A stretch of 64,000 nucleotides of DNA, from assembly GCF_046119375.1 (NCBI RefSeq), contig NW_027362771.1, forward strand, positions 416,392,001-416,456,000. Reading direction: 5' to 3'. This document shows positions 36,823 to 47,650 of the stretch, piece by piece (position 1 is the first letter of the stretch; every line of letters begins with the position of its first letter). Source of the stretch: Phyllobates terribilis (lineage: Eukaryota). The notes beneath the pieces are model-generated. The model was not told where the DNA came from. It searched no databases and saw nothing but the letters and a program-made list of their open reading frames with translations. Position numbers and translations under genes: made by a program.

Positions 36823-38336
36823 AAAACTTCAGCCGCCTTCATTTTAATATTTAAGTAAGATACATGACAGTCAAACATACATTTGCTCCAATGTTTAAAG
36901 CCCAAATGAGCATTTTAATCATAGAATGGACTATGTGATTTTTTTAAATATAAAATGTAACCTATTTTGATGTTGGAAGGCCTAATTTCTAGCATTTCAT
37001 TCGATGCTGGACTTACGCTATTTACCTATAAGATATGTTGTTCTAAACTCTGTGCATCTGTTGGCTGGTGTATGCTGAGCTGGACTTGTCCTATACATAC
37101 AAGTAAAATATATCAATCATTTACAAATTGAACTCACAGAAGCGCTGCAAGATCATTTCTTGAATATCCAAGCTTTAAAGAGAGACATTTAAATAATGAG
37201 AATTTATTAGGGAATTTTTAGATATGCAATTCTCTGATCTATTTTTGTAGGAACACACATTAACTATTCCTATTGCACTAAATACAGCAGCCGCGCACAC
37301 AATGTACTTACAAATGGACACAAACAAAAAAGTACGTGAGGAAACAAGACAGAATAAGCAGCTTCTTATTTCATATAGTTTATTCTACAATATATCAAGA
37401 TCTCAATCCACCTGCTCCTAAATGCAGAAATCAGTGTCTGCCAGTGTATTAACATGCAATACTGGATGCAGTTGATGTGATTTTGACTTTTTTACTAGAG
37501 AGGACATGCCATTGTCACATGAAAGAGGCATCAGAAGCTCAGCATGAAGCTAATAAATGGCTTATAGGTAGAAATTAGCCATGCACAAAATTACCTGATA
37601 ATCTGGGTTCCTATCCTTGTGTGAGATAACCGCATAGACGAGACTCTGGGATCAGCTTGGGGAAGAGGAGCATGAAAGCCCTCAGGAAATTTTAGACACT
37701 GTGCCCAGGAATACTGATATCCCAGCAGTAATGGAGGATGACAAATATAGATCTTCTGCAGCTGTTCTCCACTCTTCATGTCAAAAAGAGAAGCTGTAGA
37801 AGTGTGCGGAGGCCATGTCACTCTGCTCAGTACTAGCAGCAAACAGATACACACTAGATAATGTACAGATAATCAGGAGGTAAAATACTCAATTTCCTAG
37901 CCATCAGAAATTCAGAACTAAAAGTGACTTTTCATATGTATATCAAGTGTTAGCTGTATAGTATCGGTCTAAAGTTTGGACACACTTGTTCATGTAATGG
38001 TTTTCCTAGTTGTGCACATTGTTAATTAAGACAAAAGGCAACAAAACCACGAAGAAACACATGGCAACAAGAAGTAAAGAAAAAAAAATATTTATATAAT
38101 ATGTGTTATTCTTCATTCATACATCCATTATTTTTCATGAATGCAAAAAAATGGTACGTGTCTCATCAGTGTTTGGTCAGTGTGTTTTTACCATCAATGT
38201 TTCACCAGTGATTTTCATATATGAAAAAAGAAATAAATGACAAAGTTTCTCCTATACTCTGCAATGTTAATCACGGACTGCACTCAGGCTGCAAACTGAT
38301 GTCACTAATGTTGTACCCAAAGACTTTATTGATACT

Positions 38337-39700
38337 TGTTACGCTCGCGCCTGGACTGACTGGCGTGAGCGTGATTAGTGATCCCACTGTACCATGAACC
38401 GAGGAGGGCCTGGAGGGGCGTAACTAAGTATCAACCCGATCCGACTCCGTGGACCAAGAAGGAACCGAGCAGAGGGACCAGGTGCGACTCCAGGTCAGAC
38501 CCTGGTCACAGTTGTTGACCCACACTGGGGAATGCAGGAACAGGCAGGTTAGACTGGCATACAGGCAGGTGGGTATTGGCAAGTACGGCTGGTATGCAGA
38601 CAGGTGGGCACTGGCAAGCACAGTTGGTATGCAGACAGGCGGGCACTGGCAAGCACGGCTGGTATGCAGACAGGCGGGCACTGGCAAGCACGGCTGGTAC
38701 GCAGACAGGTGGGCACTGGCAAGCACGGCTGGTATGCAGACCGGGAGGTACTAGCAGGTTGGAGCGCAGGCTGGATAAGGCAGAGCAGAGAGAAGCCGCC
38801 GGAGCGGTGGGCAAGTCAGAGCAGAGAGAAGCTGCCAGAGCGGTGGGTAAGTCAGAGCAGAGAGAAGCTGCCGGAGCGGTGGGTAAGGCATAGCGGAGGG
38901 AAGCCGCCGGAGCGGTGGGCAAGTCAGAGCAGAGGGAAGCCGCCGGAGGGGTGGGCAAGTCAGAGCAGAGGGAAGCCGCTGGTGCGGTGAACAAGGCAGA
39001 GCAGAGAGAAGCCGCCGGAGCGGTGGGCAAGTCAGAGAGGACAGGGCTCTGTTCACATGGAACAGACTGGAAAATACAGGAAGATACAGAGGAAGGGAAA
39101 AGGGACCAGCAGAACCAGATACACACAAGGTACTTCCTATGAAGTAGCGAGTGGACACAAAACTCACAAACAGAAGCACAGAGACAACGAGTTGGAGCCA
39201 GGTGCAGGTTCAGATACTGCAGGAAAAGGGAAGGCATGGACATAGAGAAATACAGGCAACAGACTAGGATACAGTTCAGACAGGAACTGCTACTGCAATG
39301 AGATACAAGAACGAGCCTGGGAATACAGCCCCCAGAGTGGCAGAAACAGACTAGAAGTCAGAGATAACAGGTCTGGGAATGCAGCCCCCAGAGTGGCGGA
39401 AACAGACTAAAAGTCAGAGATGACAGGACAGGACCTGGCAATACAGTTGCAAAGACAAACTGAGTGAAGGTGTTGCTCAGGCACCTCCTACTGGGTGGAG
39501 GGGGTTTAAATATCCAGTGACTCACAGCAATAGGCTGGAGACGCATTAGGGGTGCGCCCACAGCAGCTACAAGAATCAGGAAGTAACCGGGCCGCCGCCC
39601 TAAGCAGTCAGTCAAGAGAAATGCACACAGCATGAACAATAGCACGGTTTGCAGGCTGGACTGACAGGTAAGATTGCGGTCTTGCATAGTGGGAGGTGGT
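38337..39700 (-). mobile_element. Solo LTR Z (Sushi-type) with 33-bp and 39-bp internal tandem repeats
   Basis: Begins tgttacg. Minus strand has tatttaaa then ggaggtgcctgagcaac (39488-39472). Right boundary and TSD not resolved. Confidence 0.6.
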
Positions 39701-41647
39701 TCATCTGTGATGCAGGTAAAAAATGGACGTGTCCATGATTTTTGCACTGATACAAGGTCCTTTAAAGAAATACGTACTCGTGAACAGCCCCATAGACTAT
39801 AATGGGTATGTGTTCTATTTGTGAGAGTCATGGATAGAACAAGTACCTGAAAAATGGATGTCTGAATAAAGCCTTGAAGCTTAGATTCCTTATAATACCC
39901 ATATTTTACTGTGATGACAGATTTACAAACCCTTTCCATTCTCTCAAGCATCTTCATCAGGTAGTCACTTGGAATGACTTTCCAACAGTCTTAAAGGCAT
40001 TCGCAAAGTTGCTCAGCTTTGTTAGTTGCTTTGCTTTCACTCTCTGGTCCAAATCATCCCAAAACATCTCAATTGGGTTGAGGTCAGATGATTGAGGAGG
40101 CCATGTCATATGACACAGCACTCCATGTCGTTGCAGAATCCTGGGATAGCAATGATGGGTAAATGTGCCTTGAATTCTGAATAAATCACCAACAGTGTCA
40201 GCAGTAAACCAGACAAACACCAACAAACCTCCCCCTCCATGCTTCATGGTGGTCATCAAACATGAAGAAATCATCAGCTCACCTTTTTGTGTCTCAGAAA
40301 AACAGAGGTGGATACCAAAAATCCCAAATTTTGACTCATCAAACCACAGTACAGATTTCCAGTGATCTAATGTTCAGTCTTTGTATTGCTTGGCTTAAAT
40401 AAGGATCTTCTTGTTTACGGTCCTCAGTAGAGACTTCTTTGCAGCAGTTTGATAATAAAGGCCTGCTTCTCACAGTCTCCTTTGGACAGCTGATATTGAG
40501 TTGTGTCTGCTAATTGATGTCTGTGCATCATTTAATTGAGGTTATCTGAGCTGCTGTCAGTTTGTCGTTTCTGAGACTGATAACTCTGATGAAGTTATCC
40601 TCTACCGCAAAGCTAATGCTTAGTCATCCTTTGCTGAGATGGGCGTGATGAGAGCCAATTTCATTATAGTGAATGATGGTTTTCATGGTTGTTCTTAAGG
40701 ATACCTTCAAAGTTCTAGCAACTTTCCAGAAATGCTGACTTTGAAACTGTGTGCCAACACTGCCTTGGCACAACACACCTGATAGTTTCAAACACTTTCT
40801 AAAAGCCAGTGATTCCACAAATGGACTCTTGTTGAGACCTATCTGTTCATTGAAAGCCATTCCAGGTGATACCTGATGAAGCTGCTTGAGAGAATGCCAA
40901 GGGTGTGTAAAGCTATCATCAGAGTAAAAGATAGGTACTTTGAGAAATCTAAGCGTTATCACTTATTCTAATTTGTTTCACATGTGTTCTTTTCTCCTTG
41001 TTTCCATATGTGTTCCTTCATGGTTTTGATGCCTTCAGACTTAATCTACAATGTGCACATTGCAATAAGAACTAGGAAAACCTGTCACGCTGTCTCTGTA
41101 TACTGGAGGTAGGGGGCCTAAGCTGACCCTAAGCTGGGGCCCTGACTAGTCCCTCAACCTGGAGGTACTGTTAAAGGTACAGAGGTCCAGGCCGCCAGCG
41201 TAACCCCTACCTCCTGAGGATCCCTGCACCTAAGTAATCTAGTCCTGAGAAGGACCCCGATCACAACAAAAGGGGACAAGTAATAATATGCCCACACACA
41301 GTACTTAGACGAACGAGACAGTACAAGGGAAAAACCAAAACCACCTTGCATACAACAACTACACAACTACAACAGAGGGAACACCAATGGGAAAGGAGAT
41401 AAATGATAAAGCGAGGAAGGGAAAAAACACTCCAAATACACTTATCTCAGAAACTCCAAACACCACGATCCGCTCTGTTAGTCTGAATGAAATGCTTTCA
41501 CCGACACTTCCCAAACAGACCAGCAGGCATTTGAAGGAGTCTCACTACAGCAGTATTGATTGCAGCTGGGCGAGGCTGGACCTCGTCTAGCACAGAGAGA
41601 GAGAGAATTAACTCCCTCACTGCCGAAAAACACAAAGCACCAACAAG

Positions 41648-44600
41648 TCAGCTGCGAGAAGTCAGGCTGTGTACTCGTGACGATCTTCGTGGCGACACAC
41701 CCGTGACAGTACCCCCCCTTCTACGAGGGGCCTCCGGACCCTCAGGGCCAGGTTTATCCGGGTGAGTCGTGTGGAAGGCCCGAACTAATCGGTCTGCGTT
41801 AATATCCGACGCAGGAACCCACATCCTCTCCTCAGGACCATACCCTTTCCAATGAACCAGGTACTGAAGGGACCGGCGATTAAAGCGTGAATCGATGACC
41901 CTCGATACCTGGAACTCCAAGTTACCATTGACCACCACTGGAGGGGGAGGTAAAGGTGACGGTACCACCGGCGCCACATACCTCTTAAGCAACGATCTGT
42001 GGAACACGTTGTGAATTTTAAACGTAGGGGGGAGGTCAAGACGGAATGCCACCGGATTAATAATAGAACTGATTCTGTACGGCCCGATGAACCTGGGACC
42101 CAGTTTCCAGGAGGGAACCTTAAGTTTAATATTCCTGGTAGACAACCATACCCGATCGTTCACACTTAGGTCCGGACCAGACACTCTCCTCCTATCAGCC
42201 ATACGTTTGTATCGGTTCCCCATAGTATTCAGATTCTTCAGCACCCCTCTCCATACTGAAGCGAGTGATGAGGAAAATCGTTCCTCCTCAGGAACCCCCG
42301 AAGAGCCCCCCCTACTGAAAGTACAAAACTGGGGGTGAAAACCATATGCCCCAAAAAACGGGGACTTACCAGTGGACTCGCTCCGCCTATTATTAAGAGC
42401 AAACTCTGCCAGAGGTAAGAAAGAAGCCCAGTCCTCCTGGTTCTCTGACACAAAACACCGGAGATATGTCTCCAAGCTCTGGTTCATACGTTCCGTCTGA
42501 CCATTGGTCTGAGGATGAAAAGCCGATGAGAATGACAAATGCATCCCCCGCCGTGCACAAAACGCCTTCCAGAACTTGGACACAAACTGAGACCCCCGAT
42601 CAGACACCACCTCGGAGGGTACCCCGTGAAGCCTCACAATCTCCCCAATGAACACCTGCGCAAGAGTTTTAGCATTAGGGAGAGCCGGAAGAGCGATAAA
42701 ATGTGCCATCTTGCTGAACCTGTCCACTACAACGAGTATGACCGTTTTACCCGAAGACGGAGGGAGGTCCGTAATAAAGTCCATAGACAGATGAGTCCAA
42801 GGACGCTCCGGGATCTTCAAAGGTAAGAGGGCCCCAGACGGACGGGTATGTGAGGTCTTAGAGCGCGCACAAACCCCACAGGACGCGACAAAAGTTACCA
42901 CCTCCTTATGTAAGTTAGACCACCAAAACCGACGCGAGAGGAGATCCACTGTTGCTTTACTCCCCGGGTGTCCTGCAAAAACTGAGTTATGGTGTGCCTC
43001 GATCACCTTTTGTCGCAACTGATCTGGAACAAACAGTCTCCCCGGAGGTCCAACAGGGGCGTCCCCCTGAGCCTCCAATACCTCCTCCTCCAGCTCAGAG
43101 CATACTGCCGAAACCACCACCCCCTCCTGAAGGATAGGAATCGGGTCGTCCGTATTCCCGGCCCCAGGGAAACTACGAGATAAGGCATCCGCCTTTACAT
43201 TTTTTGACCCAGGACGATATGTAACGACAAAATTAAACCTGGTAAAAAACAATGACCACCTAGCTTGTCTGGGATTCAGACGTTTCGCGGACTCCAGATA
43301 TAGCAGGTTCTTGTGATCGGTGATGACGGTGACCGGATGGACTGCCCCCTCCAAAAAATGGCGCCACTCCTCAAAAGCTAACTTAATGGCCAAGAGTTCC
43401 CTATTGCCGACATCGTAATTCCTCTCAGCGGACGACAATTTTTTAGAGAAAAAGGCGCACGGATGCCACTTACCAGGGGACGAACCCTGTGACAATACTG
43501 CTCCCACCCCTACCTCGGAAGCGTCTACCTCTACAATGAATGGCTGTGACGCATCAGGTTGAATGAGTATGGGTGCCGAGGCAAAACATTTTTTCAAGGA
43601 GGAGAATGCTTGACAAGCCTTGTCAGACCACCTAGAAAAATCCGTCCCCCTTTTAGTCATGTCTGTTAGAGGCTTAACCATGGACGAGAAATTACGAATG
43701 AACTTCCGGTAATAATTAGCAAACCCCAGGAAACGTTGTAGTGCCTTAAGATTCTCTGGACGATCCCACTCAAGAACTGCCCGCACTTTCCCAGGGTCCA
43801 TACGAAAACCGGACGCTGAAACCAGGAAGCCTAAAAACTGGAGTTCCTGTACGGCGAACACACACTTTTCCCATTTGGCATACAGTTTATTATCCCGCAA
43901 GATCTGTAACACCTGCCTAACGTGCTCCTGATGAGACACCAGATCCGGCGAGTAAATTAAGATATCATCCAGATATATGACAACAAACTGTCCCACCAGG
44001 CGGCGAAAAATGTCATTAACAAAGTGTTGGAACACCGCCGGGGCATTAGTCAGACCGAATGGCATGACAAGGTTCTCATAATGCCCCTCCGGAGTGTTAA
44101 ACGCCGTCTTCCACTCATCCCCCTCCTTCATCCTAATCAGATTGTACGCCCCCCTGAGATCCAACTTAGAGAACCATTTGGCGCCCACGATCTGATTAAA
44201 GAGATCGGGAATAAGTGGGAGCGGATACGGATCTCGGACCGTAATCCGATTAGGTTCACGGAAATCCAGGCAAGGGCGTAGGCCTCCATCTTTCTTCTTA
44301 ACAAAGAAGAACCCCGCAGCCACCGGTGAAGATGAAGGTCTAATATGCCCCTTAGCCAGACTTTCTGAAATATAATCCTTCATGGCCTGCCTCTCAGGAC
44401 CAGAAAGGTTATACAACCTAGCTTTAGGTAACTTGGCCTCAGGGAGCAGTTTTACAGAACAGTCATACTCGCGATGAGGAGGTAGTTCCTGACACCCTTT
44501 CTCTGAGAATACATCCTCAAAGTCCGCCAGAAATGGAGGTAAGACCCAAGGAGTAACCGCACCGATGACCGTGTTCATGCAGTTTTTATTACAGAATTTA

Positions 44601-45031
44601 CTCCATTGGCTTATCTCTCTGGTTTGCCAATTAATAACAGAGTTATGCTTAGCTAACCAAGGAAGGCCCAACACTATAGGAGTGGGAAGACCCTCCAACA
44701 CGTAGCAAGACAACAGTTCTTTATGTATTGCCCCCACTTGAAGTTTTACGTCATGCACAGCTTGCAAAAAACTTCCCTGACCGAGAGGCCTGGCATCGAT
44801 CGAGAATATGGGGATGGGTTTAGCCAACTCACTCAATCGCATACCTTGAACCCGGGCAAACCGAGCATCAACCAGATTAGCCCCGGCCCCACTATCCAGA
44901 AGAACAGATATCCTCTCAGTTCTCGTACCCACCACCACCTCCGCCGGTACGAGAAACTGAGACGAACCTAGGGACGAAATACCTACTCCCAGATTGCCGT
45001 CCACCACACAACCTGGGATCAACAGTTTTCC
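41648..45031 (-). CDS. Element B pol: protease-RT-RNaseH-integrase-chromodomain, uninterrupted
   Basis: LLDSGAG; VVIYLDDILIYS; HHCC; SDRGSQF; GPYRI; EFQVSRVIDSR...HWKGYGPEERMWVP. Confidence 0.94.
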   Translation of the reverse strand, partial: GKLLIPGCVVDGNLGVGISSLGSSQFLVPAEVVVGTRTERISVLLDSGAGANLVDARFARVQGMRLSELAKPIPIFSIDARPLGQGSFLQAVHDVKLQVGAIHKELLSCYVLEGLPTPIVLGLPWLAKHNSVINWQTREISQWSKFCNKNCMNTVIGAVTPWVLPPFLADFEDVFSEKGCQELPPHREYDCSVKLLPEAKLPKARLYNLSGPERQAMKDYISESLAKGHIRPSSSPVAAGFFFVKKKDGGLRPCLDFREPNRITVRDPYPLPLIPDLFNQIVGAKWFSKLDLRGAYNLIRMKEGDEWKTAFNTPEGHYENLVMPFGLTNAPAVFQHFVNDIFRRLVGQFVVIYLDDILIYSPDLVSHQEHVRQVLQILRDNKLYAKWEKCVFAVQELQFLGFLVSASGFRMDPGKVRAVLEWDRPENLKALQRFLGFANYYRKFIRNFSSMVKPLTDMTKRGTDFSRWSDKACQAFSSLKKCFASAPILIQPDASQPFIVEVDASEVGVGAVLSQGSSPGKWHPCAFFSKKLSSAERNYDVGNRELLAIKLAFEEWRHFLEGAVHPVTVITDHKNLLYLESAKRLNPRQARWSLFFTRFNFVVTYRPGSKNVKADALSRSFPGAGNTDDPIPILQEGVVVSAVCSELEEEVLEAQGDAPVGPPGRLFVPDQLRQKVIEAHHNSVFAGHPGSKATVDLLSRRFWWSNLHKEVVTFVASCGVCARSKTSHTRPSGALLPLKIPERPWTHLSMDFITDLPPSSGKTVILVVVDRFSKMAHFIALPALPNAKTLAQVFIGEIVRLHGVPSEVVSDRGSQFVSKFWKAFCARRGMHLSFSSAFHPQTNGQTERMNQSLETYLRCFVSENQEDWASFLPLAEFALNNRRSESTGKSPFFGAYGFHPQFCTFSRGGSSGVPEEERFSSSLASVWRGVLKNLNTMGNRYKRMADRRRVSGPDLSVNDRVWLSTRNIKLKVPSWKLGPRFIGPYRISSIINPVAFRLDLPPTFKIHNVFHRSLLKRYVAPVVPSPLPPPPVVVNGNLEFQVSRVIDSRFNRRSLQYLVHWKGYGPEERMWVPASDINADRLVRAFHTTHPDKPGPEGPEAPRRRGGTVTGVSPRRSSRVHSLTSRS

Positions 45032-45858
45032 GACGACTCTTCACTCTGCAAGGGACGGGATGGACACCCCCCAATAAAATGTCCCTTTCTCCCGCAGAAG
45101 AAACACCTTCCTGTCTTATGGCGCACCACCGGTTCCCTCCCCCGAAATGATGTCCCTCCTAATTGCATAGGCTCCTCTGGACTGACCAGGGGAACCACCA
45201 TATGAGGGGACCTTGTAGGAGGTGGAGTCATCACAGGGGGTAGAGTTATCCCGCACCTCTCCCGAAGCCGTCTGTCAACGCGAATAGCAAGGGCCATAGC
45301 GGCTTCCAGTGACGCGGGAGAGTCATACTGTGCCAACACATCCTGTAATTTGTCGGATAAACCATGACAAAACTGGCTCCTAAGAGCCGGGTCATTCCAC
45401 TGGGTGTCCGTGGCCCACCTACGGAACTCCGAACAGAATTCCTCCGCCGGACGATCTCCCTGCTGGATCCTACGTAACTTAGACTCAGCAAGGGAGATCC
45501 GATCTGGGTCATCATATACGAGTCCCAGAGCAGCGAAAAACCTATCCACTGACTGGAGAGCCGGGGAGCCCGGGGGAAGAGAGAACGCCCAAGATTGTGG
45601 GTCCCCTTGTAGGAGCGAGATGACAATTCCCACCCTTTGTTCTTCACTCCCCGATGACCGAGGCCGCAGCCGAAAGTACAACTTGCATGCCTCCCGGAAA
45701 ACAAAAAACTTGTCCCGCCCCCCAGTGAACCTGTCAGGGAGAGCTACTTTAGGTTCTGGTCCGGCTTACTCCTGAGGATGCAAAACCTTGGACCTAACGT
45801 CCGCCAGCTCCATGGACAAACTCTGCAACTGCCGAGCTAGACCGGCTACTGGATCCAT
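45019..45858 (-). pseudogene. Element B gag with a single TAA at codon 31
   Basis: MDPVAGLARQLQSL...HPQE*AGPEPKVALPDRFTGG...CFFCGRKGHFIGGC. G GAA AAC variant slippery site at 45031-45025. Confidence 0.88.
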
Positions 45859-47055
45859 GGTAGCTGGAGAAAAACTAAGTGGGTCGGTGAAAATGTCACG
45901 CTGTCTCTGTATACTGGAGGTAGGGGGCCTAAGCTGACCCTAAGCTGGGGCCCTGACTAGTCCCTCAACCTGGAGGTACTGTTAAAGGTACAGAGGTCCA
46001 GGCCGCCAGCGTAACCCCTACCTCCTGAGGATCCCTGCACCTAAGTAATCTAGTCCTGAGAAGGACCCCGATCACAACAAAAGGGGACAAGTAATAATAT
46101 GCCCACACACAGTACTTAGACGAACGAGACAGTACAAGGGAAAAACCAAAACCACCTTGCATACAACAACTACACAACTACAACAGAGGGAACACCAACG
46201 GGAAAGGAGATAAATGATAAAGCGAGGAAGGGAAAAAACACTCCAAATACACTTATCTCAGAAACTCCAAACACCACGATCCGCTCTGTTAGTCTGAATG
46301 AAATGCTTTCACCGACACTTCCCAAACAGACCAGCAGGCATTTGAAGGAGTCTCACTACAGCAGTATTGATTGCAGCTGGGCGAGGCTGGACCTCGTCTA
46401 GCACAGAGAGAGAGAGAATTAACTCCCTCACTGCCGAAAAACACAAAGCACCAACAAGTCAGCTGCGAGAAGTCAGGCTGTGTACTCGTGACGATCTTCG
46501 TGGCGACACACCCGTGACAAAACCAATGCAAGAAAAGGTGTGCCCAAACTTTTGACAGCCACTGTATTTATGAACTTTTCTGCTACATGAATTTGTATAT
46601 ACAACAATGGTGATGCTCCAATCAATCCAAAAAAGTGTATCAAATGATCCATAATTTAATTTGTTCCGCATTAATTTGGTGAATTTGGTGATCAGTTATT
46701 ATAACCTTAAAGGGAACCTATCAATACATTCATGTTGTCAAAACTTTGGTCAACAAGAAATATTGATGCACTTTACAGTGAACTAAGATGTAATCTGAAA
46801 CATTAACATCTCAGAAAGTAAAGTATGAAATTAAGCTGGACATGGGGCAACAGTCCACATAGCGACACCCCTCCGACTTCTCCCCACATGATTCAGCTGG
46901 ATAGACAGCTCTATCCTTATATTCATATAACATAGTTCTTTGCAATGTGATAGTATATTATTGTGATTAGGGCAAAATCACATATCTAATATTGTGAAGG
47001 TCCCACATGTGCCATTAAGCAGCTGTGAGCCATTGGGACATGAACTCTAAAATCA

Positions 47056-47302
47056 ATAAGCGAAGAAATAGACCAGCTTCACAAATAGATTATTCTTTAT
47101 TTAGATTAAAACCATACCCAGGACATGAAAAGTCATGATGACACGATTAAGGGTGAGTGTTCACCTGAAGAGCGTTGATGCAAGCGTTATACTAATGCAA
47201 ATTCACCTGTCATCATGACTTTTCATGTCCTTTGTATGGTTTTAATTTAAATGAAGAAGAATCTATTTGTGAAGCTGGATTATTTCTTCTCTTATCGCTT
47301 AT
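47056..47302. repeat. ~250-bp foldback with ~90-bp arms and a perfect inner 24-bp stem
   Basis: aggacatgaaaagtcatgatgaca (47120-47143) pairs with tgtcatcatgacttttcatgtcct (47208-47231). The arms extend imperfectly outward. Confidence 0.8.
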
Positions 47303-47650
47303 CTGGACTGCCTTGAGCTGTTGTCTGAGCTCCGAGTGGATGGGGATAACGTCAATGGAGAGTTGGAATTCACATTATTGTATAAACTCTAAAAGGCCTC
47401 AGGTTGGGCTTCCATGGATCAGACTTGTTTTTTTTCAGCAAATCTTACAAATGCTCTATCAGATTTGAGTCAGAGAGATTTGAATGCCAAGTCAACACTT
47501 TCATCTCTTTGTTATTTTTCTCAAATCATTCCTGAACAATATTTGCAGTGTAACAGGTACATTTCTTACTGAGAGTTCCCTACTAAGAGATGTCACTGCT
47601 GTTGCCATGAAGGATGATGCTTGATTAGAAAAATGTTTGGATGGGGTATA

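Larger units (their letters stand above)
41083..46519 (-). mobile_element. Element B: very young full-length Ty3/gypsy chromovirus
   Basis: 626-bp LTRs 45894-46519 and 41083-41708 with one mismatch seen; 5-bp TSD AAACC; PPT aagggggggtac. Confidence 0.96.
37958..46564 (-). mobile_element. Old Tc1 relic expanded to 8.6 kb by nested MITE, solo LTR Z and element B
   Basis: The left TIR (tagtatcggtctaaagtttggacacac...ggttttcctag) matches the reverse complement of 40980-41082 joined to 46520-46564. Transposase remnants at 39957-40274 (KHGGGGLLVF, WPPQSSDLNPIEMFW). Confidence 0.7.

Noticed and set aside
37300-37860. Candidate fsd2 5' UTR exon or promoter (minus-strand donors at ~37594 and ~37309, E-box)
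   Set aside because: Several equally plausible donors and no clear MEF2 or TATA element; cannot be supported without transcript data
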